Virus record (IMG/VR): IMGVR_UViG_3300033074_000961
From: a virus
Taxonomy: Duplodnaviria; Heunggongvirae; Uroviricota; Caudoviricetes
DNA length: 64,000 nucleotides
Reading direction: 5' to 3' (one strand)
Positions 55,277-64,000 of the stretch are shown here, piece after piece. Both the position numbers and the translations under genes were made by a program. The notes beneath the pieces were generated by a model that was not told where the DNA came from, ran no database searches, and saw only the letters and a program-made list of their open reading frames with translations. The number at the start of each line of letters is the position of its first letter. Within the stretch, counting starts at the first letter, position 1.

Positions 55277-56336
55277 ACCAAATCTGTTCTACGAGAAAGG
55301 ACTGATTCATGCCAGAGGACACCACGATCCTGTCGGAAAGTGTTTGACCTTGTTGGCAGGTTCGCAGGGCGTTGTTTGCTCTAATCCACGAAGCGTTTTC
55401 TTCGGATGTCCCGAAATTCAAAAGGAATACGAACGAAATATCCTCAACAGTACGGCGAGTGCTGGTAATGATACTCAGTACTATCTTCAAAAAGACGTAA
55501 AGTGTTATGCCACTGATAACCGAGATGAACTTGATGTTGCGGCATCTCTTATTGCGGGTGCATTGATGAAGGGCGATACGTTGTGGAGAAATAAGGACGG
55601 AATGAGTATGAGGCAAATTCGTTCTACTCTACTCATCGAAGCTCCTGTTGAAAATTCAGATGAAGATATTCAACGATTCAATGCCGCAGCAACTCGGGCA
55701 TTTAACATACTTTCGGCAGACCGAGATGGAATGATTGACATTTTATCGAAGGCATGGCACTTCAAACAAATTCTTGGCACTAAGAACGAAGACCGATTCA
55801 TTATTCCCCGACAAGTGGACCACGGGATTGCTAAACTTTTCAACCTTCTCTGTGAAGAGGAAGAAGCATATGACCTTTCCATCCCTACAGATGGATATAC
55901 AATTTCTGACAAGATGGCAAACGACCTGTTCCACCAAAGCACGAGTAAAAAAGTCAGAAGTGGTATCATCAAGGACAATCTTCAAATGTCCAATACTCGT
56001 TCAGGTCAATCCAGCAACAATCACCAACGTCCACGGTTCGATTGCTTGCTTGCCATGCAGTACATCCCCTATTTGGTATGTGGAATTGTGCCCTACCACA
56101 AAATTGTATCACATTTCCGTCATACCGATGGGGGATGGGTATTGAAGAGAGTTCCCATAGACCATTTCCAATACATTCTCTCTCCCACCGAAACAATTCC
56201 TCCCCAAGACATCTCCCCCGACGATAAAGCGGAGATGGAAAACTTTGCACAACTAGTTAAGGGAGAGTTTTTTCCGAAACTCCTTGACAAACGACCAAAA
56301 AAAGCGGATACTACGCCGCAAATTGAAGTATGGTGA
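55263..56336 (+). CDS. hypothetical protein between methyltransferase genes
   Basis: 366-aa ORF. Start trimmed to the Met past the upstream stop. Confidence 0.4.
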   Translation, partial: KMMIEPNLFYEKGLIHARGHHDPVGKCLTLLAGSQGVVCSNPRSVFFGCPEIQKEYERNILNSTASAGNDTQYYLQKDVKCYATDNRDELDVAASLIAGALMKGDTLWRNKDGMSMRQIRSTLLIEAPVENSDEDIQRFNAAATRAFNILSADRDGMIDILSKAWHFKQILGTKNEDRFIIPRQVDHGIAKLFNLLCEEEEAYDLSIPTDGYTISDKMANDLFHQSTSKKVRSGIIKDNLQMSNTRSGQSSNNHQRPRFDCLLAMQYIPYLVCGIVPYHKIVSHFRHTDGGWVLKRVPIDHFQYILSPTETIPPQDISPDDKAEMENFAQLVKGEFFPKLLDKRPKKADTTPQIEVW

Positions 56337-57274
56337 AACCGAAGACGAAACTTACTCCTGTCCGCTACCCCGGCGGCAAGTCCAACGCTTTGAAGTTCTT
56401 GGACAAGCACCTACTGCGTTCATTTTCCACCTACCGTGAACCATTCTTTGGTGGTGGGTCTGTCGGTCTCTACCTGATGCAGTTCAACAAGGATGCAGTC
56501 TATTGGGTCAACGACTTGTTCTATCCCGTGTACTGTTTCTGGAAGGTTCTCTACGAGCGTCCCGATGAAATGGTGAAGTATCTCCTTGCTCGTCATGAGA
56601 CGTATTCCAAACCGCAAAGCGGGATTGCTGGACAAGACATAAAGGTAAAAGGAGTGCCTACCAAGGCTGCCGAAGCTGCTCGGGCACTACATGCATTCTG
56701 CCGCCAGCAAATTCAAATCAATATCGAACAGAAGGACGAGTTTCATACCGCTTGCCATTGGTATATCCTCAACAAGACTTCATACTCAGGTATGGCAATG
56801 ATTGGTTCATATGCGCCTCTTGCATGGGACCAGAACTTCACCATCAATTGCATCAACAATCTTCCCAAGACCACCGCACTTATGCGGAGCGTAAAGGAAG
56901 TTCGCATTACCAATTTGGATTATGCCGACATGCTGAAACCCGATGGCGACCACGACGAGAATACGTTTGTATTTCTCGACCCGCCCTACAAAATCCCCCA
57001 CAGTCTCTACGGGGATGGTGGAGACATGCATGAAGGATTTGACCATCGCCGTTTCTATGAGGAAGTCATCAAGTGTCCAACTCGCTGGTTGATTACCTAT
57101 AACAAAGACCCTGAAATTGACGCATGGTTCTTAGGATACCATAAACTCCCGTGGGAACTTCAGTACACCATGAAGGCGGCAAAGCGTGAGGGGCAAGAAG
57201 GGTCTGCCAAAACTGGCAAATCAGGTAAGAAGGGACGAGAGTTATTGATAGCAAACTATCCGCTTACAGCCTGA
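56330..57274 (+). CDS. dam: Dam-type (α-class, D12) DNA N6-adenine methyltransferase
   Basis: YPGGK, EPFFGGGSV (motif I), FLDPPY (motif IV). Confidence 0.7.
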   Translation: MVKPKTKLTPVRYPGGKSNALKFLDKHLLRSFSTYREPFFGGGSVGLYLMQFNKDAVYWVNDLFYPVYCFWKVLYERPDEMVKYLLARHETYSKPQSGIAGQDIKVKGVPTKAAEAARALHAFCRQQIQINIEQKDEFHTACHWYILNKTSYSGMAMIGSYAPLAWDQNFTINCINNLPKTTALMRSVKEVRITNLDYADMLKPDGDHDENTFVFLDPPYKIPHSLYGDGGDMHEGFDHRRFYEEVIKCPTRWLITYNKDPEIDAWFLGYHKLPWELQYTMKAAKREGQEGSAKTGKSGKKGRELLIANYPLTA

Positions 57275-58304
57275 GATAGTTTTTCCACACAATCCGTGCT
57301 TCATAATTCCAATCGTCCAACCCCCAGTTGTTGACGTAGTGTAGATTTATTTTTTTACCAATCCACGCCAACCATAGATGATTAACGATATTGTCAAGGT
57401 GCGTCGTCTTCGCCCTGTACAGAGGGTTCAACCACGGAATTTCGCTAGACCCAATAATAGGTACTTTCAAATGAACAAAGTCGGCAGCGACAATGTTGAA
57501 TGTTTCTGAAAATGATACCTGTAGTCCAAGGTCCATTCCACGAATAATCTTCAAGAACTCGTGGTGAAGCACCCACTCATGCGTCACCAGTTCGTGCTTT
57601 GTTCCTTGAAACAATGCTTGAATATTTTTGAAAGCATTGTCTCCATTCTGTTCTAGGCGAGAATGATTAACATGAAAATGTAAAGTCTTATTCAACTCGT
57701 TGGCGAATGCCATTGCTGCCATTGCTTGAATAAGTTGGTTCTTCATTGGGCGAACCGCACCGAAGCATCCAATTTCAAGAACATTTGGGTCTTTATCTTT
57801 CGGAGTCTTATGTTCAAACTCGATTGCCGACTTGTGTGGTTGATAGATGTTGGGCGAGTAAATAGTACGAATACCAAGTGATGCTCGTAAATCTTCACAC
57901 ATTCTCAGGGCATTTGGAGAAATGTGAAATTTTGGATACCTTTTTTGCAGTTCATCATACTTCTTAATCCATTCAATTGCCATTCCCTCGTTGGCGATGA
58001 AAGGAGTATTGCTATGCAATCTTACATGCCATTCAACTTTGGGATGTAATGGAATAAGTACATCGAATTTCTCTGGAACAACCCACAGTGCTTCAATAAA
58101 GACATGGGTGGGTTTATATCGGTGTACTTCACGATCAATAAAGTTGTTATCAACTACTTCTACCAGCTTTGCCTCTGCTCCCATACTCTCCAAGGCATTG
58201 CACAAGAAGCGACAGGAATTGAGAAGTCCATAAGATGCCCCATAGCGTGCTGGACGCTGTTTGCATATAAAAAGGACTCTCGGCTTGTTTTTCGCAGTAT
58301 TCAT
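57264..58304 (-). CDS. GT-B fold glycosyltransferase (GT4-like)
   Basis: EIGCFGAVRPMKNQLIQA (GRLxxxKG-like region) and ETFNIVAADFVHLKVPIIGS (E-x7-E region). Confidence 0.45.
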   Translation of the reverse strand: MNTAKNKPRVLFICKQRPARYGASYGLLNSCRFLCNALESMGAEAKLVEVVDNNFIDREVHRYKPTHVFIEALWVVPEKFDVLIPLHPKVEWHVRLHSNTPFIANEGMAIEWIKKYDELQKRYPKFHISPNALRMCEDLRASLGIRTIYSPNIYQPHKSAIEFEHKTPKDKDPNVLEIGCFGAVRPMKNQLIQAMAAMAFANELNKTLHFHVNHSRLEQNGDNAFKNIQALFQGTKHELVTHEWVLHHEFLKIIRGMDLGLQVSFSETFNIVAADFVHLKVPIIGSSEIPWLNPLYRAKTTHLDNIVNHLWLAWIGKKINLHYVNNWGLDDWNYEARIVWKNYLRL

Positions 58305-58379
58305 CTCAGAGATAAATATGAAAAAATAGCAAGAGAAGTCGGGAAAACCGACACTCCGAAAAAAAATTTCATAAAGGAC

Positions 58380-58408
58380 TTGACAAACCCCAAGTACTCT
58401 GTTATATT
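58380..58408 (+). promoter_or_regulatory. σ70 promoter TTGACA-N17-TATATT
   Basis: acTTGACAaaccccaagtactctgtTATATTtg, 25 nt upstream of the ATG at 58434. Confidence 0.45.
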
Positions 58409-58433
58409 TGCCACCGAAATTGAAAAAACGTCT

Positions 58434-58877
58434 ATGACTCTATCTCAAGCACTCAAAAAGAAGAACCGCCTCGCCGGTGAACTCGTCCGCAACCAGCAAA
58501 TCCTTCAGCGTGAGAACGCCCGTCGCTCTGACAGCGTTTCCAAGGTTGACCGAGTGGCGGTCTGGAACAGAATCCTTCAACTTTCCGAAGAACTCGGCGA
58601 GCTGAAGGGGAAAATCACCACTGCCAACGTGGGTATCTACCCCGCTCTGGAACGAATGGCAGAACTCAAGGCAAGAATTGCCTACGTGAACGGTCTGCCC
58701 AAGCGTGAGGGGGAAGAAATCTCCTTCGTGGGTCGTGACCAAGAAAAGTTGGTCTATACGTGGGAGTCCCACATTAACCAAAGTGCCGCCGACGCAATGG
58801 TTGCAGAAATCCAGAAGCAGATTGACACTCTGCAAGACCAAGTGGACGCATATAATGCGACCACGCAGGTTGTGTAA
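58434..58877 (+). CDS. coiled-coil hypothetical protein
   Basis: Internal start of ORF 58104..58877, placed past the divergent GT gene. Confidence 0.4.
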   Translation: MTLSQALKKKNRLAGELVRNQQILQRENARRSDSVSKVDRVAVWNRILQLSEELGELKGKITTANVGIYPALERMAELKARIAYVNGLPKREGEEISFVGRDQEKLVYTWESHINQSAADAMVAEIQKQIDTLQDQVDAYNATTQVV

Positions 58878-59377
58878 ACAATTTGAGGGCAGCTCGTGGA
58901 AGTGAAATCGTCGTAATGATGGGCGATACTTGGAGGGCGCAAGCCCTTCTATGCCTTACGAGAAAGAGAAAGATGCCCCACTTTATGTTCGATTCATGGG
59001 TGGGTTCAAAACTAAATTCTCAAGGTCTCAACAGTCAACCCGCAAGCCTCAAGAGTCAAACCTCTTTTTGCTTCATCGGGAAAACGAGAGTAATGGAAGC
59101 GAGCTGACCCTCTCCCCTTATGGCAACAAAGTACTCACACATACCCCGCCAATGTCGCCGACATGGGTTTCAAAGACCCCATGCCAAGACAAAATGCTAC
59201 TTTTGTTACCAACGCAGTTTCCTTGGCGATTACAACAATAGTACCAAAATCCGTCCCGAGGAATATCTACTTCATCAAATCTTCGGGGGTGGTCGCTTCA
59301 TCGTATCCCGTAAACGCAAAGAACGTAGGCGTCCGCTCCCTCCCCATCACCCCAAATACAAGGGGCCAAAATTTCCC

Positions 59378-59409
59378 TCTTGACTTTTTTTAATCGTGTG
59401 GTAAGATGT
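59378..59409 (+). promoter_or_regulatory. σ70 promoter (TTGACT-N16-TGgTAAGAT), 9 nt before the ATG
   Basis: ctcTTGACTtttttTAATcgtgTGgTAAGATgtcagcaatATG. Confidence 0.45.
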
Positions 59410-59416
59410 CAGCAAT

Positions 59417-59620
59417 ATGGCAGAACCAACACGTAAAAGTTACTCGCTTCGCCAAGCAATCAATGCTTTCGCAGGCGTAGATACCGAGCAATCCATCCGC
59501 AACGACACTTGTACCATGTGTCGGAAACCCGCACTTGCCTTCAAAGATGAACTAAGCAAGAAAGAGTTCACCATCAGCGGCATGTGCCAAGAGTGCCAAG
59601 ACAAAGTTTTTGGCTCTTGA
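59417..59620 (+). CDS. small zinc-ribbon protein
   Basis: CTMCRK...CQECQD. Confidence 0.4.
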   Translation: MAEPTRKSYSLRQAINAFAGVDTEQSIRNDTCTMCRKPALAFKDELSKKEFTISGMCQECQDKVFGS

Positions 59621-59655
59621 CAACTGACGATAAAACGCTAAACTCAAGCACAATT

Positions 59656-60918
59656 ATGGCAACTCTAATCAAAGAAGTAAAGCTGATCATGACCGAGGTT
59701 GGCACCAACAACAACAAGTGGTGGACCGGACAGCTTTTTGACGATGGCACAGTCAAAGCGACTTGGGGACGTGTCGGATACTCTGGTGACTCGGGTGAAT
59801 GGCAGGGTGGACAATCGTATTTGGATAAGAAAGTCAAGGAGAAGATCAAGAAGGGTTATACTGAGTTGAAGACTGTTGGTAACGCTGGTATTGCGCCGTC
59901 CAGTTCTGCTCCCGTTCGCAATGCAGACCTTCACCAGATTGCCAAAACTCAACTTATCAAATCTTCCAACCCGACGCTGGAACGTTTGATTAAGCGTTTC
60001 GTTGAAGCAAACGTCCACAAGATTACTCGTGACACGCAAATCACCTACAATTCATCAACGGGTTTGTTTGCCACGCCTCTCGGTATTGTCACGATGGAAG
60101 GTTTGACCGATGCTCGTGACTTGCTCGCCAAACTTGCTCCTATCGTTCGTGGTCGTCGCTTCGGGTCCGAAGCAGATGCTCTTTTGAGTAAGTATCTTCG
60201 TCTCATTCCTCAACATTTGGGTATGGGGCGATTCTCTTGCCAGTCGGTTATCCCCGACGACAATGCTTTGCAGAAGCAGAGCGACTTGATTGACTCTTTG
60301 GAGTCGTCCTATCAAGCAATGTCCACGCAACCGGCTCAAGCGGGTCAACCCGTCAAGAAGCAGGAAACCGTGTTCCAAGTGGACTTGGACGTACTCACCG
60401 ACCAATCCGAGCGCAATCGTTTGGAACGTTATTTTGAAACGTCCAAGAAACGTATGCACGGGTATGACAACGTGCGAGTGAAGGAAATCTTCGCCGTCAA
60501 TGTCCACGATATGACTCGTGGGTTTGAAAACAGCACCACTCCCATTAAAGAAGTGTTCCACGGCACTTCCCAAGCAAACTGCCTCTCCATTCTCAAGAGT
60601 GGACTCAAGGTGTCGCCTCCGTCCACTGCTGCCATCGCTGGCAAGATGTTCGGCAACGGCATCTATGGCGCAATCAACTCCACCAAGAGCCTTGGTTATA
60701 CTTTCAACCGTTGGGGTCAAGGTGGAGTGGGCGATGCGGGATGGCTCTTCATCTGTCAGTTCGCAATGGGCAAGATTTACGAGACTCGGCACAGCTGCTC
60801 TCCGCAACGGGGTTACGACTCTGTATGGGCGAAGGCTGGCGGCAGTCTGGCGAATGATGAATTGATCGTCTATCGCAATACCCAAGTCAAAATCACTCAC
60901 CTTTTGGAGTGCAAATAA
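59656..60918 (+). CDS. WGR domain – PARP-like catalytic domain ADP-ribosyltransferase
   Basis: N-terminus ATWGRVGYSG (WGR). C-terminus VFHGTSQANCLSILKSGLKV...GKMFGNGIYGA...NDELIVY parallels the PARP1 H-G-S / Y / E catalytic core (LLWHGSR...GYMFGKGIYFA...YNEYIVYD). Confidence 0.65.
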   Translation: MATLIKEVKLIMTEVGTNNNKWWTGQLFDDGTVKATWGRVGYSGDSGEWQGGQSYLDKKVKEKIKKGYTELKTVGNAGIAPSSSAPVRNADLHQIAKTQLIKSSNPTLERLIKRFVEANVHKITRDTQITYNSSTGLFATPLGIVTMEGLTDARDLLAKLAPIVRGRRFGSEADALLSKYLRLIPQHLGMGRFSCQSVIPDDNALQKQSDLIDSLESSYQAMSTQPAQAGQPVKKQETVFQVDLDVLTDQSERNRLERYFETSKKRMHGYDNVRVKEIFAVNVHDMTRGFENSTTPIKEVFHGTSQANCLSILKSGLKVSPPSTAAIAGKMFGNGIYGAINSTKSLGYTFNRWGQGGVGDAGWLFICQFAMGKIYETRHSCSPQRGYDSVWAKAGGSLANDELIVYRNTQVKITHLLECK

Positions 60919-60919
60919 T

Positions 60920-61189
60920 ATGCCAGAACGAACCCAAGAAAAAGCATTTCCATTCACCTACGATGGATGGGACGAAGCGGGTGGAGACTATGGTGATGTC
61001 CAGTTCTACAAAGTGGAATTCACCGAGGACTTCGGACCCATCAAGAAGGGTAGCAAGTTTGATTGCGTGGTGGTCTATCACTGCGAAGGCAAACTCGTTG
61101 CTTGTATTAACGGACCATTTGATGAAATACAAGGGTTCGCTCCGCAAGTAGGCGAGATTGTTGTACCATTCAAGGTCATCCCTGCATAA
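60920..61189 (+). CDS. hypothetical protein
   Basis: 89-aa ORF. ATGA-type coupling to the PARP gene. Confidence 0.4.
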   Translation: MPERTQEKAFPFTYDGWDEAGGDYGDVQFYKVEFTEDFGPIKKGSKFDCVVVYHCEGKLVACINGPFDEIQGFAPQVGEIVVPFKVIPA

Positions 61190-61193
61190 GCAT

Positions 61194-61598
61194 ATGGGAC
61201 GTTGCATAATTCAACTTGATGGTAAGCTAATGCATTGGACTTCGGTTAGTGATGGTCCGTGCTCTCTCTTGCTCACCGAAGAACAGTTTCGCCGCTATTG
61301 GCGAGAAGAGTTTGGTCGTGACCGATGGCCTGAACTTGCCGAGCTTCTTCTGACCGTCAAGGCGAAGGGTACTACTGCCCGAGGATATACGGTTGACGAC
61401 ATTATTAAAGAAAACCGTGCTGGTGAAAAGGGTAAGAAACTCACCAAGGCACAAATCATTGAAGCATACACTCCCACCGATGCCGAATTTGAAGAATGGT
61501 GTAAGAACCGAGACAAATTCGCCGAAGACCAGTACAAGGAATGGGAGGAAGTGTGGACAGAAAGATTCTCCCCGAAGAAAGAGAAAAAAGGGAGTTGA
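61194..61598 (+). CDS. hypothetical charged protein
   Basis: Internal start MGRCIIQ of ORF 61158..61598. Confidence 0.35.
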   Translation: MGRCIIQLDGKLMHWTSVSDGPCSLLLTEEQFRRYWREEFGRDRWPELAELLLTVKAKGTTARGYTVDDIIKENRAGEKGKKLTKAQIIEAYTPTDAEFEEWCKNRDKFAEDQYKEWEEVWTERFSPKKEKKGS

Positions 61599-61677
61599 CA
61601 TTTTCCACGGGTGATGTATAATAACCCCGTAACGTTGGAAAACAACAAACGACAACAACAAAATCAAATAGAACCAT

Positions 61678-62298
61678 ATGTGCAATCAAGCAAATGTTCC
61701 GTCCGTAACGCTCCAGACCGCCGTGCTCATGCAGGTGAAGGAGTTTGCCCAAAACTCTCAGCCGTTCAGCGTCCATGATGTGACCCGCAACCTTCGGATG
61801 AAGACCTCCCAAGGGGAGATCGAGATTCCCGAAGTGGAAGTGCAGGGTGCGTCTTTCCGTTTTGACATCCCCCACGTCAAGGTGAAGGGCATCTTTGACG
61901 AACTGTGGCGTACTGGTGTCTTTGACCCCGTGTTGACCCTCAACCGTACCTTCAACGGCACGTATTTTGAGTACACCCCGTCTCTCGTCGCTGGTGCTGC
62001 TCCTTCTGTGACCGTTACCGCTCCCCCCGTGACTCCGACTCAGACCGTGAGTACGCCGTCTGCCTCCCCGACTTCCGGTCCCGTGTCCGACTCGGTAGTT
62101 CAGAGCCGCATCCAGACCTATCTGGACAACTGCCAGTCCCGTAACTTCCGCCCGACCCTCAAACAGGTTCAGTCTGCCATCAAGCGTGACGTGAGCACTG
62201 GTTGGTCCTGTGAAAAGATTCAGGACTACATCGAAGGTCTCGGTTACTCCGTGGTTGCCGACCCCGATTACGTGTCTGCCTCACAAGTGGCACTGTAA
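61678..62298 (+). CDS. hypothetical protein with Pro/Thr/Val-rich linker
   Basis: 206-aa ORF. Confidence 0.45.
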   Translation: MCNQANVPSVTLQTAVLMQVKEFAQNSQPFSVHDVTRNLRMKTSQGEIEIPEVEVQGASFRFDIPHVKVKGIFDELWRTGVFDPVLTLNRTFNGTYFEYTPSLVAGAAPSVTVTAPPVTPTQTVSTPSASPTSGPVSDSVVQSRIQTYLDNCQSRNFRPTLKQVQSAIKRDVSTGWSCEKIQDYIEGLGYSVVADPDYVSASQVAL

Positions 62299-62477
62299 TG
62301 CCCGACTTGCCCGACATTGTGGTTCATCTTCCGGCAGAGCATTTCGATGCTCTGTCGGAAGTTATCTTTTCGGGACTTCAACGGGCAAACATTGACCCTA
62401 AGACCCGCAACGAGCTTCGGGATTGGTGGACCGCCGAAAAGGAATTCATAGAAGACGAAATAAAGGGACAAGCGTGA
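62298..62477 (+). CDS. small hypothetical protein (59 aa, below the ORF-track cutoff)
   Basis: Manual translation MPDLPDIVVHLPAEHFDALSEVIFSGLQRANIDPKTRNELRDWWTAEKEFIEDEIKGQA. TAATG and GTGA couplings on either side. Confidence 0.3.
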   Translation: MPDLPDIVVHLPAEHFDALSEVIFSGLQRANIDPKTRNELRDWWTAEKEFIEDEIKGQA

Positions 62478-63415
62478 GCGAGATTGTTATTGTAATGGGA
62501 TTCCCCGCCTCGGGGAAGAGTACGACGGTTGACCAATTTGTTAAACAAGGGTACACCCGCTTCAATCGTGATGCTGCTGGCGGCACAATGGAAGGTTTAC
62601 ATAATGCCGTTGACCAATACCTTCAGAAGTGCAACGACAATGTAGTACTTGATAATCTTTATCCTTCGGTGGAAAGTCGCAAGGCAATCATCGCCATCGC
62701 CAAGAAGCACAAGGCAACCATTCGGTGTGCCATGATGGGTACAAGCATGGAAGATTCTATGCTGAATGCCTGTCTCCGCATGATGCAGAAGCATGGATGT
62801 ATCCCCGACCCCAAAGATTTTGGACGAGTGGCAGACCCTAACACCTTCCCCGTAGCAGTTATCTACAAGTATCGGAAAGAGTTTCAACAACCGACCACAA
62901 AGGAGGGATTCGGTTCTGTCCAAGTAGTGCCGTTTGTTCGCACTTGGGGACCAGATTACATCAACAAAGCCATCCTTGTGGACTATGATGGCACTCTCCG
63001 ACTCAGCACGGGTAAACAGAAGTTCCCTATTCTTAAAGGGGATATAAAGATGATGCCGGGAAGGAAGGAAGTCCTACAACGGTACAAGGACCAAGGGTAT
63101 CTTATTTTGGGCGTAAGTAATCAATCAGGTGTCGCCAAGGGGCAGATTACCTTCGCTGAGTGCAAGCAACGATTTGTTGATACCAATGAAATGCTTGGGA
63201 AGGGTATCGTGGACGAATTCTCGTTCTGCCCTCACAAAGTCCCACCCATTTCATGCTACTGCCGCAAACCCAATGTTGGAATAAGTGCTTTTTACATTTA
63301 TCAACACAAGCTTCGACCTTCGGAATGTATCATGGTTGGCGATATGGGGAGCGATAAAACATTCGCTCATAGAAGTGGGTTTAAGTTTGTTCATGCCGAC
63401 GAATTTTTCAAATAA
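62474..63415 (+). CDS. pnk: polynucleotide 5'-kinase / 3'-phosphatase (T4 Pnk-like)
   Basis: N-terminal P-loop IVIVMGFPASGKST, C-terminal HAD phosphatase ILVDYDGTL ... GDMGSDK. GTG start 62474 preferred (P-loop near the N-terminus as in T4 Pnk). The ORF track gives ATG 62423. Confidence 0.65.
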   Translation: MSEIVIVMGFPASGKSTTVDQFVKQGYTRFNRDAAGGTMEGLHNAVDQYLQKCNDNVVLDNLYPSVESRKAIIAIAKKHKATIRCAMMGTSMEDSMLNACLRMMQKHGCIPDPKDFGRVADPNTFPVAVIYKYRKEFQQPTTKEGFGSVQVVPFVRTWGPDYINKAILVDYDGTLRLSTGKQKFPILKGDIKMMPGRKEVLQRYKDQGYLILGVSNQSGVAKGQITFAECKQRFVDTNEMLGKGIVDEFSFCPHKVPPISCYCRKPNVGISAFYIYQHKLRPSECIMVGDMGSDKTFAHRSGFKFVHADEFFK

Positions 63416-63424
63416 GTATGCTGT

Positions 63425-63970
63425 TTGGTCGAAATCCAATCTATTTATTGGAATACGGCAAAATATCATATGAAACGATGTAATAGATGTTTAGTTGAGA
63501 AGGAGGACTCGCAGTTTGAAGTTGGGCAAAATAAGTGTATTCCCTGTCATACTAAACGACGTGATTACTATCTCGAAAATCGTTCACAAGAAATCGCCCG
63601 AGCAAAAAAACACGCTAATAAAGATAGAAATCATACAAATGAACTAAAGCGAAAAAATTTGCGAAAAAATCCTGTCAGTTACATTTTATGGAGAACTAAA
63701 TCAAAATGTAAGAAAGAAAGCATTCCATTTGATTTAACTCATGCTGATATTATTGTTCCGTCTCATTGTCCAATTCTCGGAATTCCATTGATTATAGGAG
63801 ACACCAATTCACAAGATGGTTCTCCATCAATAGATCGCAAAGATCCCAAACTTGGATATGTAAGAGGAAACATTCAAATCATTTCTCATAAAGCAAATAC
63901 AATCAAGAGCGATGCTACAATCTTAGAAATTGAGAAAGTTTGGAGATATATGAAACAAATGCTCGGGTAG
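63425..63970 (+). mobile_element. free-standing HNH endonuclease
   Basis: CNRC...CIPCH zinc finger plus PSIDRKDPKLGYVRGNIQIISHKAN. Confidence 0.6.
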
Positions 63971-64000
63971 CTGAATTGGATACAGCAACAGATTTCTAAT

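Noticed and set aside
58380-58410. Bacteroidetes-type promoter (TAnnTTTG) interpretation of TATATTTG
   Set aside because: The same site fits TTGACA-N17-TATATT, and many other promoters in the window match the σ70 consensus. A Bacteroidetes host is not supported.
1-64000. tRNA genes and CRISPR arrays
   Set aside because: None found. The gene-free stretches 52515..53599 and 58878..59416 showed no cloverleaf or T-loop (GTTCRANYC) signatures, and no regularly spaced direct repeats were seen.

Overview
This window reads as an early, host-takeover and auxiliary-metabolism region of a large lytic dsDNA phage. It is gene-dense, almost entirely minus-strand until about 54.4 kb, then mostly plus-strand. 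Promoters are σ70-like (TTGACT/A, 15–17 nt spacer, extended -10). A signal-peptide outer-membrane β-barrel gene suggests a Gram-negative host. No capsid or tail genes, tRNAs or CRISPR arrays were seen. Several recognisable genes match a T4-like (Tevenvirinae-type) repertoire:
- an rIIA-like GHKL ATPase with a downstream partner
- DHFR immediately followed by a thymidylate-synthase-family gene
- T4 Pnk-like polynucleotide kinase/phosphatase, an RNA-ligase-family protein and an ATP-dependent DNA ligase
- Dam plus two SPPY DNA methyltransferases, a GT-B glycosyltransferase, and at least four free-standing HNH endonucleases

Interleaved with these are unusual accessory systems:
1. A complete Preiss–Handler NAD+ reconstitution set (PncA, PncB, NadM–Nudix, NadE, plus a Prs-like kinase and a Gpt-like PRTase). 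It sits in the same genome as a WGR–PARP-like ADP-ribosyltransferase and a macrodomain protein, which together form a closed ADP-ribosylation / NAD-regeneration cycle.
2. An RNA repair and translation toolkit: Pnk, RNA ligase next to a SpoU 2'-O-methyltransferase, a Thg1-like 3'-5' polymerase, a class IIa (HisRS-like) aaRS core, PTH2 and an EF-Ts homolog.
3. Signalling pairs: an ePK-like kinase with PP2C, and an operon of a J-domain–Ser/Thr kinase fusion, a vWA protein and a pyruvate-kinase-like barrel.
4. A TROVE/vWA (Ro60-like) protein next to a 1.1-kb non-coding stretch carrying repeated motifs and hairpins, a candidate ncRNA locus.
5. An FtsH-like AAA/HExxH protein that runs off the window start, and a separate SPFH/band-7 protein.

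All calls rest on manual motif recognition. No database search could be run.
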